Positions 42,681 to 59,059 of a stretch of 64,000 nt of DNA are shown one piece after another. The translations under genes and the position numbers were made by a program. The DNA is from the human T2T-CHM13v2.0 reference genome, Homo sapiens. Below the pieces are notes generated by a model that saw only the letters and a program-made list of their open reading frames with translations, made no database searches and was not told the origin of the DNA. Within the stretch, counting starts at the first letter, position 1; the number at the start of each line of letters is the position of its first letter. Location: assembly GCF_009914755.1 (NCBI RefSeq), contig NC_060928.1; one strand, written 5' to 3'.

Positions 42681-43316
42681 ATGGGGAAGTAGAGAGAAGA
42701 GCAGGGGGAGGTGGAGGAGAGGTGGTGGAGCAGAGAGAGAAGGAACTGAGAGAGAGAATAAAACGGTTGAGAATTAGCATGGAAGCCATAGGGAAGGAAA
42801 CATCAAGGAAATGGAGCAGAGTGATGAAAAACTATCCTTTGCTCTCTGAGAAGTGTGAGACCTAGAATGAGATTCCTGGTCACTGAACTACACCGACATT
42901 TGAGAGAGAATATATTTTGGAGAGAAGATTCAGACACCATATATTCATGCACAGGTGTTCTAATAATATAAGAAATACATTTTTCTTATTTAAGGTTTTT
43001 ACACAATTTAAAAGATTTTGCACATGGAACTGTTTGTCAATAATCAGTTTCTGATCAACTACTTTTGTTTTTTAGGAATTACTATCTAAAGTATTTTTCA
43101 CTGCTCACTTGAATTCATTTACCCTTTTTTAAAATCCCCACATGGATGTATTTGTTTGAATTGTTTCATATTCTTCAAGAGAGAAAAAATTAGTATTCTT
43201 TTAATTTTATCTTTCCAGTGATGCTCCTCCAAAGAAAAACTTGCTTATTTTCTTGGGTGTGTGTTTGTGTGTGTGTGCGTGTATGTTTCAAAATGGTATT
43301 TCTTAAGAATTTATCT

Positions 43317-43580
43317 GGCTGGGTGCAGTGGCTCCCATCACTTTCGGAGGCCAAGGCAGCTGGATCACCTGAGGTCAGGAGTTCAAGACCAGCCTGGCCA
43401 ATATGATGAAACCCTGTCTCTACTAAAAATACAAAAATTAGCCAGCCATGATGGCTCATGCCTGTAATCCCAGCCATTTAGGAGACTGAGAGATGGAGGC
43501 TGCAGGGAGCTGAGATTCCACTACTGCACTGCAGCCTGGGCGACAGAGCAAGACTCCATCTCCAAAATAATAAAAATAAT
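43317..43580 (+). mobile_element. AluS with two internal deletions
   Basis: GATCACCTGAGGTCAGGAGTTC; lacks the left-arm CCTGTAATCCCAG and the right-arm GCAGGAGAATTGCTTGAACC blocks. Confidence 0.88.
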
Positions 43581-43739
43581 AATTTATCATAATACTTTAT
43601 AAAATAAAACAAATTGAATTATAGATTAAGTAATGAAAAATGTATTTGATGCAAATCAGTAATAAATCATTTTGACAGTACTACACTAATTTGTAAGAAT
43701 GGATCTTAGAGGATTACAAAACACCTGCATTATCACATT

Positions 43740-44605
<866 letters not shown>

Positions 44606-44614
44606 AGTAACAAG

Positions 44615-44896
44615 CAGAAGTGTGCTAGTAAACTGGCTCTCAAAAAATAAATAAACTTTATTTATTTATAGTAAATAATTTATATTTATTTATAATAAAT
44701 AATTTATATTTATTTATAATAAATAATTTATATTTATTTATATTTATTATTATTTATAATACATGACCATATCTGTGGCATAAATACCTCCACCATGGCC
44801 AAATTCAACCTAACAAAGGATTTAAAAGTGGGCTTGTAAAATTAATGAATATTTAAAAATTACTGGGGCCAAACCATCAGCTCCAACACACTACTG
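44615..44896. mobile_element. MER63-like hAT-Blackjack MITE
   Basis: Terminal inverted repeats CAGAAGTGTGCTAG...CCAACACACTACTG; internal CCCACCATGGCC. Confidence 0.7.
44650..44760. repeat. AT-rich 24-bp minisatellite
   Basis: TAAATAATTTATATTTATTTATAA about 3 copies plus degenerate flanks. Confidence 0.85.
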
Positions 44897-45164
44897 GATG
44901 TTGGTACTGGTATTCCTATTTTATCAAAGAAAAACAGGAGCCAAGAGAGATTAAGTAACTTTCTCAAATGCACACAGCTAGGATGACAGCTCAGGTCCTT
45001 TTATTCCATACAATATGCTCTTTTTATATCATAATTCTAACTACCTCCTTATTGATAGCAATGCAAGCTTTCATTAATTGCATGATTTTTATTCTCTCAA
45101 CTACTCATAAGATAATTTGAGATACAATCAGACTAAAACACACATTTTCAAAATAAAAGACTTT

Positions 45165-45590
45165 TATGTGATATATACATATCCTGTGGAATACTACTCA
45201 GTCATAAAAAGGAAAGAAATAATGTCATTCACAGCAGCCTGGATGGAATTAGAGACCATTATGCTAAGTGAAGTAACTCAGGAATGGAAAACCAAACATT
45301 GTATGTTTTCACTCATAAGTAGGAGCTGAGCTATGAGGAGCAAAGGCATAAGAATTATACAACGGAATTTGGGAACTTGGGAAAGGATGGGAGCTGATTG
45401 AGAGATAAAAGACTACACATTGGGTACAGTGTATGCTGCTCAAGTGAGGGGTGCACCAAAATCTCGTAAATCACCACTAATGAACCTATTTATGTAACCA
45501 AACACCACCTGTTCTCCAAAAACCTATTGAAATAAAAAAAATTTAAAAAAAACATTAAAAATGAAATAAATTAAAAATAAAAATAAGAGA
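45165..45590 (+). mobile_element. L1PB (PB1-like) 3' end
   Basis: GAAGTAACTCAGGAATGGAAAACCAAAC, GGGTGCACCAAAATCTC, A-rich tail, degenerate TSD AAATAA(A/G)AGAC. Confidence 0.9.
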
Positions 45591-47394
45591 CATTTACAAA
45601 TAAAAACTAAACAATCATTTTAAATAAACCAAGGCAATCAATAGCAGATTATAGATATTTTTATATACAGGCACTTTTTTGTGGAATGAAAATGTAATAG
45701 AAATTTATCACTAGGACAGTTGTTTGGAGGATGTTAAATGAATGGGAAGAGTCACGCTTTGACCATGGTTTTATGAACATAGAAACTAAATGGTTTTCAC
45801 ATACATATTGAAAGGCAGATCATCTTACATTTACTCATAACTTAATGGAAGCAATTATGTTAAGACTGAGACGGAGTAGATTGATAGAAAAAAATATCAG
45901 AACAAAACCTAGAGAGGTAACTACTCCCTTAGGCTGGCCTGAATTATAATATGTTTTAAAAATAATTTTTATTTAAAATTCACAATCCAATCCTTTGATA
46001 GGCCTATTAGGCTGCTATTCTATATTGCTCAATAAAGTGATAGGAATAAGCTTTAATATCGGACATAAAAAGGCAAGGGATGCTTTATATTTGGAAATTT
46101 GACAACAGGAATGTATTGCTGTTCAGAAGATGATCAGAGAACTTTAGCTCATAAATGAGTAACACAATTTCTCATAATTAAAAACTATTATGTCTTCTAG
46201 ATACACTTGGACATTTCCCCTCCCCACTCACACCCGCGCCCCCTACCAAAAAAAAAAAAAATCAGGATTCCATTAGTCATTCATTTACTTGCTCATTTGT
46301 TCAACAAAAAATCAGTTACTACCTACTATAGTCCATGTCCCATGTTAGTTGTTAATGACAGTTTGCACTCCAATGATACCCTTGAAAGAAGGACACATAG
46401 TTTAACATTTAAAGTGGGAAACTTCTCTCATTTGATTAAAATGTAAACAAATGTTTCAAATCAATATTAACAAATTTAGAACAGAACTTCATTCAGTGTT
46501 GCTTATGCCTCTTACGCAGTCATCCCAGTCATCGCCAGCTGTCCTGAAGATCAGTGTCCTACTGGCCTACAGATCAACAGGCACTTGAGTCTGTCAGGTT
46601 AGATACTTAGGTTTCACCACCTTTACAAATCAGAATGGAAATGATGACAACTCCGTGACCATGGTTCTCACTCGGTTGGTTTGCCTTTCTCTCTATTTCA
46701 ACAGTAGCCTAAGGGTCAATTTTCTCCACTGGCTACACCATCTTAAGAATATCAAGCCAATCACGAGTTTCCCAGGAGCCAGAATGCTTTGCCTCTAAGC
46801 CAGCCTTGACTATGACTGCCTCTACTTGATGAGCACATTCCCATTTATAATTAAGTTTGGTCTTTTGGTGTGCTAAATCCCTTGCTGTTTTGGGGTTCCA
46901 GCTGTTCCAGTTTTGATTAATAACACATGCAGACTGCATTATGATAACTTGCTGTAATCAGGATTACTTTGTTAGTGCACAGAATTTTTAGATGATAAAA
47001 AATTCATCAACTAATTGTGTATCACCTAAAAACTTAAATGTATTTTTACTTAAAAATAAAAAGATCGAGTATATGTAGAATTATTAAAAATAATATCAAA
47101 GAAAATCAGATTAACTCAGCCTATAGCAGGCTCATGTAAACAATCATAATTAGGTTCAGTATCTTATAAAATCAACGCTGTGCATAAAAGTGATTAATGG
47201 TGATTCTAATTGACCTACAAACCAATGATGACATGGCAAGAAGCCTTCGCTAAGCACAAAATGCCATTATAGAGAGTCATCGATCCAAGTGCTGCTATCG
47301 GGGAATATTTCTATTGTGCTGAATGTTCAGTAAGAGATAATTTATGTTAACTTAACATACTTTTCTTTAGAGAGATTTTTACTTAGAAGAAAGC

Positions 47395-48135
47395 AGAATA
47401 GCTGGTACTTAAAAATACAGCTCTGAAAACAAAATGCCTGGATTTTACTGGCTCCGGCACAAATCAATTATATAGCTTTGAGCAAGTTATTAAAATGTTT
47501 CTGGCTTTCAGTTTTCTTATCTTTAAAATGTGGATACATATACATGGATGGAACTAGAGGTGATTATGTTACTTGAAATAAGCCAGTTACAGAAAGATAA
47601 ACATAGGATGTTCTCTCTCATATGTGAGAGCTAAAAATGTGGATGTCCTGAAGGTCAAGAGTAGAACTGGGATTACCAGAGGCCAGAAAAGCTGGGAAAG
47701 AGAGAAGGGTGAAGACAAATTAATTAAGCAGTACAAAAATGCAGTCAGATAGAAAGAATAGGTTGTAGTATTCCATAGTACAGTAAATAAATTATAGTTA
47801 ACAATAATGTGTTGTATGTTTCAAAATAGCCAGAAAAAAAATATAATATTCTCAACACAAAAAAAGATGTTTGAGATGATTGATGTTTCAATTACCCTGA
47901 TTTGATCATTACACATTGTGTATTGGTATCAAAATATCACATGTATCCCCCAAAAAATGCAACAATTGTATATCAATAAAAATAAATGAATTTTTTTTAA
48001 AGAGAAAGAAAGTGTGGATACACTTAGACCTTATGTAATAGATTATTTTGCAGACATATGACTTAATTCCTAAAAATTACTTAGAGCAGAATTCAACACA
48101 TTAAAAGGACATTATAAATGTTAACTATCATTACT
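47395..48135 (+). mobile_element. MIR split by an L1MA fragment
   Basis: TTGAGCAAGTTATT...TTTCAGTTTTCTTATCTTTAAAATG, resumes after 48022. Confidence 0.6.
47540..48008 (+). mobile_element. L1MA 3' end
   Basis: ACATGGATGGAACTAGAGG...AATTACCCTGATTTGATCATTACACATTG; TSD AAA(A/G)TGTGGATACA on both sides. Confidence 0.88.
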
Positions 48136-48154
48136 ATTGTTTGAAAATTCCTTC

Positions 48155-48305
48155 CAGGACCAGTATCACAAGTGCATCAATTGCGTTGGGCCTATGCTGG
48201 GTTTAATGCTCTGTGGTTGCTGCCTTTAAATTTGTAACAATATTCGAGCAGGGGCCCCATTGTTTTATTTTGCACTGGCCTCCCCAAATTATGTAGTCAG
48301 TCCTA
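48155..48305 (+). mobile_element. MER45A-like hAT-Tip100 MITE
   Basis: GGTTTAATGCTCTG...GGGGCCCC...ATTTTGCACTGG...AAATTATGTAG. Confidence 0.75.
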
Positions 48306-49243
48306 GCCACACTTTCAGGAGCTGATCATTACCAGAGTGACTCTGTTTTCTGGGGTAGCAATTCTTTCTTCCCTATCACTAATCTCTCCCTTTCTAGACT
48401 ATAAGGAAGGACTACTGAAAGAACTTTTACAGATTATAGAACAACACACTTATAAGCAAACCTCATCGGCCCCCCAAAAGCCTTTGTTTTCTCACCTTTC
48501 CCTGTGGTAAGGAAACACAAACCATTCATGTTGATACATTGGATTGCATAACCTTGGTTTTATCACCCAAAGGAAAAGAATACTCATGTCAAAGGAGCAT
48601 TTTGAACATAAGTTGTTTCAGGAGTTAGACATGTTTTTTACATTTTGCATAAACCAAGAAATAGATATCAACATTAAGCATTCCTTACATTCTCAAGATC
48701 TAAATATGGTTCTAAGTAGAGTTCTAATTAACGTTAGAATTATGCATTGGTGAACTTTGAGTCATGATGGTGCTAGGTGACCTAGTCTCTTTCAATGTCA
48801 TCGCAGGTCATCTGTGTGGGGAGAAGAGGGTGTTAAAGTATATGTAGGGTAGATGGGGGCAAAAGGACAACTGAGTTACCAAAAGAGACCTCGACACTCT
48901 CTAAATTTAGAGTATGATTTTTAAGGCATGGAAATTTAATATATAAGATGTCTGTTGTCCTGCAGTCTGGAGTGATATTGTCATATTACCTGGCCAGTTG
49001 TTAAGGCTTTCTCTTCACACATATGCATCAGGAATATAAATTACTGTGAATCTATATTTTGCCATTAAAATAAGCTTTTGTGTGAAATATCAACATAAAT
49101 TTTAATTAGCAGTCTACAGGGACTGCTAGACTACTGTAGACTGTAAGAAATTAATTTATAAAGTGAAAAAAAAGGGAAAAGAATGTCAAACTCTGACTCC
49201 TTCCTGATCTGAATGAACAAGTTTTGTTTTTTGCCCAAATTAA

Positions 49244-49609
<366 letters not shown>

Positions 49610-49824
49610 ACAATTCTAACTTAATATCACAAAGCTATCAGTAACTGAATAGACGCAGTGGTGATGGTAACCTGTAGGTCACCATATTTGTGCAAGAATT
49701 CCTCTTAATATTTTACTATTATGTTGATACTATTATAATAATTAGATAGCTATCATTTCTTGGGCATAAACTATATTCTAGGCACTGGGTAATAACACTG
49801 TAGATTGGGTCGATTAGATAGCTA

Positions 49825-50568
<744 letters not shown>

Positions 50569-51519
50569 GCTCTCTAGCTTGCTGGCTAGCAAACTAACTG
50601 GACAGGCAGATAGATAAAATATCATTTAATTCTCAACAAGCCAATGAGTTTTAAGGAGGCTGAAGAGCATATCCAGTGGCATGCAGCTACTCAAAGTAAA
50701 TCAGGGGAAGCCTCATGTTTAAACCTTCTGCTATAATCCATTAATTCATTCAGAAAATATTTAATGGGCATCTGCACATGCTGGGCGCATTGCTAGTCAA
50801 ATTTCCTTCAGTTTTCAATTTATGAAGGAAGAGACATAAATTATTCATCTGTTACCCTTTCAGTCATTTAGCTGCTTTCTGTCCTTCTTTGAACAAATAG
50901 GATACAGATTCTGCTTAAGAGGAAGTTTATCTTATTAGCAAAACTCAAACATGAAATGTGTGTGATGACAAAGACATTATCAAATTGGTATGGGAGTGTG
51001 AAAGATGAAGCAATCAAGTATTCTTCCTGGAAGAGGCAGTAAAGTATGCTGTATCTGTAGAATGCAGACAAGCATAGAGCATGAGAAAACCCAGTAAATT
51101 ATGAGCTGACAGTCCATGAATAGGGCATAATTACATCGGCTTTTGTTAAGTCAATAGGTAATGTGAGTGGAGCGTCACCCTCTTTTCTGAGACTGTCCCT
51201 TCAGACTCCAAAGCTGTTATGAAGCAGATTTGTTCTAGGTCCCCTTTAGGAAATATGCTCTCTGCCCTTGTATCAGGAATTGTGATCACTCCATAGATGA
51301 AATCATTGACTCAATTTTGGATTAGTTTTCTCTGCTTTCTGCACAAAGCTTTCGCTTCAGATAAAATGAATCTCAACAACATTTCCATCAAGCCTCCAAC
51401 TCTGGATTTGTCCTTAAATTTATTGGCAAATATTTTTGGAGTAATATCTTCAATGTATAAACATGTGCCAATGTTTGCTTGGATTGTCAACACCTAGAGA
51501 GCAGAATCTTCTTATATAC

Positions 51520-51926
51520 TGTGCTGGATGCAGTTGGTTGTACATTCAAATTCCCTTTATCAGCCAAACCTCCTAGCCCCCAGTGAGTAAGTGTTAGCTC
51601 ACAGCTGCCCACAACTTCTTTTCTAACAAATGACCTCATGCAAAAGGAGCCCTCCACACGCACACAGTGAAGACCTCAGTCCATAACTGACTGGCACAGG
51701 GATAAAAATGATCTGTCCCCTTGTTTCAAGATAGGACACACTATATGGTACAAGTTGCGCTCTGGACCTTAGCTGGGATGAGATCAAAGCCAGAATCAAT
51801 GGAAAGTACTTCCTGGCTTAATTTTCTTCTCCTCTACCCTTATGCTTCACTTCCCCTCCCCTAAGAGTAGTTGAACAACAATCTCATCTCAGGATCTGCT
51901 CCTAGATAATTACTTGGCTCATGACA
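51520..51926 (+). mobile_element. LTR16-like ERVL LTR
   Basis: GCTCACAGCTGCCC, CTGACTGGCACAGGGATAAAA, CTCATCTCAGGATCTGCTCCTAG...GACA. Confidence 0.6.
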
Positions 51927-53732
51927 CGTTTTTATGAAATATTTGTTGAACTGAAATTCAAAGCATAGCAATTATCAAAATTACTAGTCTTAACAAAAAT
52001 CCACCTTAAAGAATAGGAGCATTCATTTTTTATTGCTCTCTTAGGACTATTTTATAAATAATCTCATTCACATTACTATTAACTATGCTTAATGATCTTG
52101 CCAGAGTTAATTGAAAGAATTTGTCTAAATGTAATGAAGGAAGTAATTTACTTTAAAAACAAAAAGAGAATTTAGTGTACTGTACATTGCCAGGAGGTAT
52201 GAAGCTCAGTGTAGATTTAAGCCTATTTTTTCTGCTTTCTAAAGCATTTATTCTACAGTAAGTAGTCAATGGCCCTAATTTATAGTAAAATGGCTTGAAT
52301 TGATTTTTATATTAAAAATAATTAAATGATCAATCAAAATAACTTGAGAAAGATAAAGTGCAATTTGATTATGTGCAAACCTTATTTATTAACATTCAGC
52401 AAATGAAATAGAGCTCCATATTATTACTGGGCCTTATTATGGAAAAAACAGAAGAATGACACATACTGAAATTTAGACATATTCATATCCTCAGTAATTT
52501 TTGATAAATAGTAAAGAACAGAAAATCCTGAAGAATCAACATTGATTTCTTTAATATAACAGCCCATTATTTAATTATATTTCCAGATGAAAGTTATTAG
52601 TATAATATCAGCACCAATCTTGAACAATTGCATTATATAAATCTATGCCAAGGACAAAAGTAGAGAAGTTGAATTGTTCTTTCTCTGAACATTCTTTCAG
52701 TATTTAATCTGCATGTAACATTTAGCACTGGACTATGTATATTGCTATGTATATTCACTCTGGATGAACGAATAAGATAAGTTTTCCTTCAGCAGATACT
52801 TAAAACTTATGTCTCTTGATAATTCATTGTCTTGATGTTCTTTTAGAAAGAAATTCAGATAAGTAACTGAGCAATCTAGTTCTAGACACCTCAACTGCAT
52901 GAAATTTCATATTCTTATCTCTAAAATGGGCACAATGTCAGTCATATCTCTTCTCTATCCAGAATTAGTATGTGGATGATATAGGTAAAAACTCCCTGTA
53001 AATTCTAAACTGACGGAAATACTATTTCTCATCACTGGCTCTTCCCCATTAACTTTATCAAATAATCTCTCTTTTTATCTGGAAGGAGATTGATGTTTTC
53101 TAGGATTCTCACTCCTTCTGTTGCCTACATGTTCCAAGCCAATCTTCCAAGACACAGTATTTCTTAAATAAGCATGTGCTTTTTGGAGCCAATATATAAT
53201 TTACAACATGATGCCTAAATCAAGATAATTTCTGCATTTTAACCCCAAGAAGAAGAAAGTGTAGGTAGTCAATCTCAAAACTCTGTGATCTCTGCAGTTA
53301 CCCAAATGTTGACATCCTTAGAATATATTTGTCTGGGTGACTTTCTCAATTAATTCACCAAAAGGCAAGAGTCATTGTATACCCTCAAAGGCTTCATTGC
53401 CAGAAAATAACCTATATTTGTATAACTTCAATCTTAAGCACTCTATTGTATAAAGCTACACTTAGAAACACTGAAGTTAATATTACAATGGATTTCTTCC
53501 TTTAGATCAAGTCAAAAGTAATGAGGTGTGACTGTAATATAAAGCTTACCTACTAAACATAACAGAATTTATACATCCAAATAAACATCATTCTACATAC
53601 TAAAGTTTGTGACAATGTTTTCATAATTATACAAGACTATACCCTTAATATTATTATTTTTTACCTCTTATTCCAAACATAACTTCAATGATGGTGAGAT
53701 TTGCTCAAATCATTTTTAAAACTCAACCATTA

Positions 53733-53998
<266 letters not shown>

Positions 53999-54189
53999 TT
54001 AATAATTACAGAGCAATATCCATGTAACACAATTCCATGAGCTACCATATTTTTATCCATCAAATCTTGATAATATAATCAAGACTGAGAAATAGAATAT
54101 TACAAATCCCTCCCAAGGTCTCAGGTGCTCGTCTCAAATTTCAACATTCTCCCAGCTCTGAAGAATCAGTCACCCTCCAAAATTGTGTA

Positions 54190-54660
54190 ATAATTGATTA
54201 CTTACTTTTAAATAAATAGTTTTACAATTTACGCATTCATTCCAAAGTAATACCATTCATTTTTAAACCTGTAAATGGATCACATTTGGTTTGTTCTCAG
54301 TATTTAGCTACCACAAGCAATACTTTTATAAATATTTTTGTTTATGTATCTTGGTACACATATGCCAGAGTTTCTTTAGAGTATATACATAAAGTGTATA
54401 TGTATATGAATTATATATAGAAGTATATATACTAAATATACATTTAATTCAATATATATGAAGTATAATTGCTGGTACTATAGAAAATTTATTTCTTCAA
54501 TTTTACTAGACAATGACAAACTGGTTTCCAAATTGGTTATTTCAATGCACAATACAATTCCCACATTGCTTCACATCCTCATCAACACTTGCAATTTTCA
54601 GATATTTCATTGTTGCCAATCTGGTACATATGGAATGGCATCTTTTTGTGTGTTCAATGT
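54190..54660 (-). mobile_element. Ancient L1ME fragment
   Basis: TATCTTGGTACACATATGCCAGAGTTTCT, CACATCCTCATCAACACTTG. Confidence 0.65.
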
Positions 54661-54689
54661 ACACAAACCCAAGACCCTCTTAAAATATG

Positions 54690-55200
54690 CAATTGAATAG
54701 AGAAATATTTCCTTTAATGTGTGAGAAATTTCTACCTAAGCACATCTTAGAGAAAGTGCAGAAGAAAAATGACAACAACAACAAAAGAAAATCTTTACAG
54801 AAACTAGAAAAGAAAAGCAGTAACATTGTTACCCTCACAGTAACATCAATGGCACTGATATCAGGCTTCTCTACAGAAACAGTAAAAGCCAGAAGAAAAT
54901 GGAATAATGTACAAAGAAATGAAAGAAATAAGTGTCTTTCCAGAGTTCTATACTCAGCAAAAGCATATTTCAAAACAAGTGTGAAATAAAAACGTTTTCA
55001 GATACACAAAAAACTGTATTTGTGGAACCTCACAAAAGTTAGTTACAAGATTATATTGTAGAAAAAGGAAATAATCTTTCCTGAAGTATTGAGAGATAAG
55101 AAAGAATGAAGAACAAATAAAGTGTTAAAATTTGGGAAAATATAAGTTTATAGTGACTAAACTAAATGATAAAACACTCTATTTAGTGAGGGCTTTGAGT
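54690..55200 (+). mobile_element. Old L1M/HAL1 ORF1 C-terminal fragment
   Basis: ORF 54687-54989 peptide ISGFSTETVKARRKWNN...RVLYSAK resembles ORF1p C-terminal domain. Confidence 0.7.
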
Positions 55201-55349
55201 TAGCTTTCTTCCACACGCCCCACAAACAACCAAAAATTTATGAAAAGCTCAGCTTGGTATACACTAAGAGAGTGAATTTTAAAATTCAGTATACGGTACT
55301 GTTTTCAGTGAAAGATTGATTTGCACAATGAAATGCTGCTATTATAAAT

Positions 55350-58300
55350 GACATATTTTCTAAACGATTTTGAAATTTTATTTTACTTATATACAACTGA
55401 TATTTGATTTTGTATCTCACAATTCTGTTAAATTTACCTTCATTTCTTATTATCTATTTAGTAATTCTAATCATTTATAATTTTTATAGGATAGTGTTCA
55501 TATCACCTGTAAGTAAAGATATTTTTCTTTTACTATATTTTAATGTTTTCTTTAATTTTCTTGCCTTATTGATCTGACTAGGACCTCTAATAATGTTAAA
55601 TTAAAATGTTGATAGCAGGCATTGTCATCTCATTTCCAATCGCAGAAAGAATTCTATCAATATTTACCATTAAGTATTTTCTTACCTAGAGGGTTATGTA
55701 GATGACATTTAACAGAAAGTTCCCTTCTTTTTCTGGTTTGTTAGGATTTTTTATTACAAATTAATGTTGAATTGTATCAAATGTTTAAATTGCACCCATT
55801 AAAAATTAGTCAAAGATTGCTCTTTTCTTATTCTGTTATAATGGTAAATTACTTTGATTTTCAAAATTGTTTTTTACAAACCTTGTCTTTCTTGTCTAAA
55901 CTCAATTTGATTATGATGTATTGACTCGTATTGCTAGATAAGCTTGCTAATACTTATCTTAGGATTCTTATTTTCTCTGTGATCATGAATAAAATTGACC
56001 TGAATTTTTATTTTTTTCTTAAAGGCCCAAGTTAGCATTAAGGCAATGCTGACCTCATACAACAATCTAGAAATGTTTCCTCTTTTCTTCCTCTAATGAA
56101 TTCATGTGAGATTGATATTATTTTTTCCTTAAGCCTTAACAGCAAAGCCTTCTGGGCCTAGTGTTTTCTTTTTGGGAAAACGTTTACTTATTTTTGTTTC
56201 TGTGAGAAGGTTTTAATTGTCATTTCTTGTTATCAGTTTTAGAATTATGTTTCATAATTTATTCTTACATTAATTTTATAAATTCTCAAAATTTGGCCAT
56301 TTCATCAATTTTTAAAATATTTTTGGGGGCAATTTTGTTAAGAATATCACCTGATGATCACTTTGTGGTCTCAATGTTGTCTTCTTTTATATTTCTAATA
56401 TTAGTTGTTTGTGCTTTTTTTCCTTATCTCTTGAGCAGTTTTTATAAGGTTAAGCAATTTTGTTTGTACAGAACAAAATTCTGACTTTGTTTACTTTCTC
56501 TACTATAATGTTTTCCCTATATCAACAATTTCTGCTCTTATATTTTTGTTTCTTTCTACATTCATGGAGTTATTTTGTTCTTCTGTTTTTGCTTTTTAAG
56601 ATACTTAGAACATTAATTTCAACCATTTGTCTCTTCAAACACATACATTTAATACAATAATCTTCCCTCTAAGCAGAGTTTTAATCATATCGTTCAAGTC
56701 ATACTTTCATTATCACTCAGTTCAAAATGTTTTCCAATTCCCATTGTTGTAATTTCTTTGATCCATGGGTTACTTATTCTTTATTTTTTACTTATTTATT
56801 TTTCATTTTTAAGTTCAGGGGTCCAAGTGCAGGTTTTTTATATAGGTAAACTTGTGTCATGGGAGTTTGTTGTATAGATTATTTTATCACACAGGTTTTA
56901 AGCCTAATAACTGTAAGTTGTTTTTCTTGGTGCTCTCACTCCTCCCACCTTCCACCTTCTGAAGCACCCCAGTGTGTATTGTTCTCCTCCATGTTTCTAT
57001 GTGTTCTCAACATTTAGCTCCCACTGATAAGTGAGAACATGTGGTATTTGGTTTTCTGTTCCTGAGTTAGTTTGCTGAAGATAATGGCCTCCAGCTCCAT
57101 TCATGTCCCTGCAAAGAACATGACCTCCTTCCTTTTTATGTCTGCATAGTATTCAGTGGTGTATATGTATCACGTTTTCTTTATCCAGTCTATCATTGAT
57201 GAGGTTTTAGGTCAACTAGATGTCTTCGCTCTTGTGAATAGGTCTGCAATGAACATACGTGAGCAAATGTTTTTTATAATAGAATGATTTATATTCCTTT
57301 GGGTATATACCCAGTAATGGGATTGCTGGGTCGAATAACATTTCTGTCTTTAGGTCTTTGAGGAATCACCACACTGTTTTCCACCATGACTAAACTAATT
57401 TACACTCCCATAAAGAGGGTATAAGCATTCCTTTTTCTCCACAACCTTGCCAGCATCTGTTATTTTTTGACTTTTTAGTAATAGCCATTCTGGCTGGTGT
57501 TAGATGATATCCCATTGTGGTTTTGATTTGCATTTCTCTAATAAGCAGTGATGTCAAGCTTTTTTTCATGGTTGTTGGCCTCATGTATGTCTTCTTTTGA
57601 AGAGTATCTGTTCACGTCCTTTGCCTGTTTTTTTCTTGAAATTTGTTTAAGTTCTTTATAGATGCTGGATATTAGACCTTTGTCAGATGCATAGTTTGCA
57701 AAAGTTTTCTTCATTCTGTAAGTTGTCTGTTTACTCTGTTGATAGTTTCATTTGCTGTGCAGAAGCTCTTTAGTTTAATTAGATTCCATCTGTCAATTTT
57801 TGCTTTTGTAGCAACTGCTTTTGGCATCTTCATCATGAAATCTTTGCCCATACTGATGTCATGAATGGTATTGTTTAGATTGTCTTCTAGTTTTTATAGT
57901 TGTAGGCTTTACATTTAAGTTTTTAATCCATCTTGAGTTAATATTTGTATATGGTATAAGGAAGAGTTCCAGTTTCAATTTTCTGTATTTGGCTAGCCAG
58001 TTATCCCAGCACCATTTATCGAATAGGGAATCCTTTCCCCATTGCTTGTTTTTGTCAGGTTTGTCGAAGATGAATGAGATAGCTGTAGGTATGCAGTCTT
58101 ATTTCTGAGTCTCTATTCTGTTCCATTGGTCTATGTTTCTGTTCTTGTACCAATACCATGTTGTTTCGGTGACTGTAGCCCTGTGCTATAGTTTGAAGTC
58201 AGGTAGCATGATGTCTTTAGCTTTGTTCTTTTTGTTTAGTATTGCTTTGGCTATTTGGGCCAAGTTTTCTCCAGTTCTTTGAAGAATGTCAATGGTAGTT

Positions 58301-59050
58301 TAATGGGAATAGCATTGAATCTATAAATTGCTTTAGGCAGTATGGCCATTTTAATGATATTGATTCTTCCTCTCCGTGAACAAATCCATGGGTTGTTTAA
58401 AAGCTTATTGTTTAATTTCAACATAGGTAGTCTTTAGGTAACTTTATTTTGTTTAATTTTAGCTTAGTTCAGCTATGTCAGAGGATACACTCTCTATGAT
58501 TTTATTCTTTCAGTACTTGTGGAGAATTGCTTTATGGCTTAACATATAGTTAATCTTGGTAATGTTACACATGCGCTTGAAAATAGTGTATATTTTGTCA
58601 TTTGAGGGAACAGTCAAGTTTGTTAATGATGGAATTCATATGTTCTACATTTTGCTATTTTTTTGTCTATTTGTCTTATTCTTTATTGAGAGAGATAGAT
58701 TTTAAAATCTCCATTAGAGCATGTATCTATTTATTTTATGGATTATAAAGGTTTAAGGATCTGTTATTAAGAGCACAGTTTCTTCAACTTATTTTCTTTC
58801 ATCTTCACACTTTTAGGTTGTCTTTATATTTCTGTAAGTAGCATAAAGATGGATTTTATTTTTTATAAAGTCTGCCAATACCTGTCTTTTAACTGATGCA
58901 TTTTATCTATTTATGTTATTATAATTAATTCTATTTTGAGTTTATATATATTATTCTACATTCTATTTTTCATTTGTTTCTCTTCTGTTCTTTTTCTCTT
59001 TTTGCAAATATTTTTAGATTAATTGATTATTTTTTAGTATTACATTTTCC
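55350..59050 (-). mobile_element. Ancient L1M ORF2 hosting an L1PA insertion
   Basis: GACTAGGACCTCTAATAATGTTAAA, CTTTGATCCATGGGTT, continues past 58394. Confidence 0.7.
56772..58383 (-). mobile_element. 5'-truncated old L1PA (about PA13-15)
   Basis: Reverse 3' UTR then ORF2 end (minus ORF 57390-57584 [19 protein letters not shown]); TSD ATCCATGGGTT at 56761-56771 and 58384-58394. Confidence 0.92.
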
Positions 59051-59059
59051 CATCTATTT

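Noticed and set aside
46505-46600. Possible exon (CTCTTACGCAG acceptor, CAG/GTTAGA donor)
   Set aside because: Weak donor, stops in two frames, unrecognised peptide and no neighbouring exons
47222-47325. ATGATGA ... CTGA spacing resembling a C/D box snoRNA
   Set aside because: No convincing terminal stem or recognisable guide; such short motifs are common by chance
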